Source of the DNA: Deltaproteobacteria bacterium
Lineage (GTDB): Bacteria; Myxococcota_A; Polyangia; Polyangiales; Sandaracinaceae
Direction of reading: 5' to 3'
DNA: 64,000 nt
Assembly (NCBI GenBank): GCA_046342295.1
Contig: JBKDQC010000599.1
Location: 531-64,530, forward strand
Positions 63,710-64,000 of this stretch are shown in pieces (position 1 is the first letter of the stretch; each line of letters begins with the position of its first letter). The position numbers and the translations under genes are program-made. The notes beneath the pieces were generated by a model. The model searched no databases. It was not told where the DNA came from and saw nothing but the letters and a program-made list of their open reading frames with translations.

Positions 63710-64000
63710 ATGGCTCGAGGGTTCGCTGTCGATCCTGGCTGGCGTGTGCTCTGGCACGATCTCGGCGTGCGCGGCTCCGACGTGCTGCGTCAGGCAGGCT
63801 TGCCGGACGATCTCCTCGTGCGCGAGGGCAGACACCTCACGGCGCCCGAGTACTTCCGGCTCTGGCGCGCCCTCGAATCATCGGTCGCGGAACCTCTGCC
63901 GCTCCGGCTCGTCGAGCGGTACTCGGTCGAGGCCTTCCAGCCGCCGCTCTTCGCGGCGCTTTGCAGCCCCGACCTCCGCACGGCCTGCAGGCGGCTCGCA
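63710..64000 (+). CDS. AraC-family regulator, N-terminal ligand-binding part (runs off the right edge)
   Basis: My translation is MARGFAVDPGWRVLWHDLGVRGSDVLRQAGLPDDLL...LTAPEYFRLWRALE...SVEAFQPPLFAALCSPDL, typical of the AraC-type arabinose-binding-like N-terminal domain. Confidence 0.55.
   Translation, partial: MARGFAVDPGWRVLWHDLGVRGSDVLRQAGLPDDLLVREGRHLTAPEYFRLWRALESSVAEPLPLRLVERYSVEAFQPPLFAALCSPDLRTACRRLA

Overview
This is a gene-dense bacterial chromosomal window of about 70% GC. I call about 55 protein genes and one tRNA-Ala. I found no rRNA, CRISPR array, transposase or integrase.

The gene content points to a myxobacterium (inference). It includes three Hanks-type Ser/Thr kinase genes, two sigma-54 enhancer-binding proteins, a MYXO-CTERM-like sorting tail and many lipobox lipoproteins.

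Because of the GC content, every frame carries long Arg/Ala/Pro/Gly-rich shadow ORFs. I kept only ORFs with recognisable family motifs or natural amino-acid composition. Many starts were trimmed to internal ATG/GTG codons supported by Shine-Dalgarno sequences or by 4-nt ATGA/GTGA stop-start overlaps, which are frequent here.

Recognisable modules:
- Two divergent Ser/Thr kinase genes, followed by a convergent pair of GT-C glycosyltransferase genes. One of these is split by an in-frame TAG.
- A persulfide/sulfite-handling cluster: a sigma-54 activator, TauE, 2x YeeE/YedE, a persulfide dioxygenase-rhodanese fusion and a rhodanese. It has two good -24/-12 promoters and a shared 11-mer upstream motif.
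- Housekeeping genes: mutM, lnt, rpoH-like, tex, thrC and fabG.
- An NfeD plus two flotillin genes operon.
- An isolated ketosynthase / chain-length-factor-like pair, followed by a MYXO-CTERM protein and an M15 peptidase.
- A 1107-aa degenerate kinase with FG-like repeats.
- An orphan full-length SctU/FlhB export-switch gene followed by a SycD/LcrH-like chaperone gene.

The structure least explained by the gene calls is non-coding:
- A multi-hairpin repeat family whose copies end exactly on the stop codons of minus-strand genes, plus a 400-bp nest of degenerate copies.
- Two 14-bp x5 tandem arrays and one 13-bp x3 array in promoter-proximal intergenic DNA.
- A roughly 200-bp AT-rich island upstream of the rpoH-like gene.

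All family assignments come from reading the translations by eye. No database search was run.
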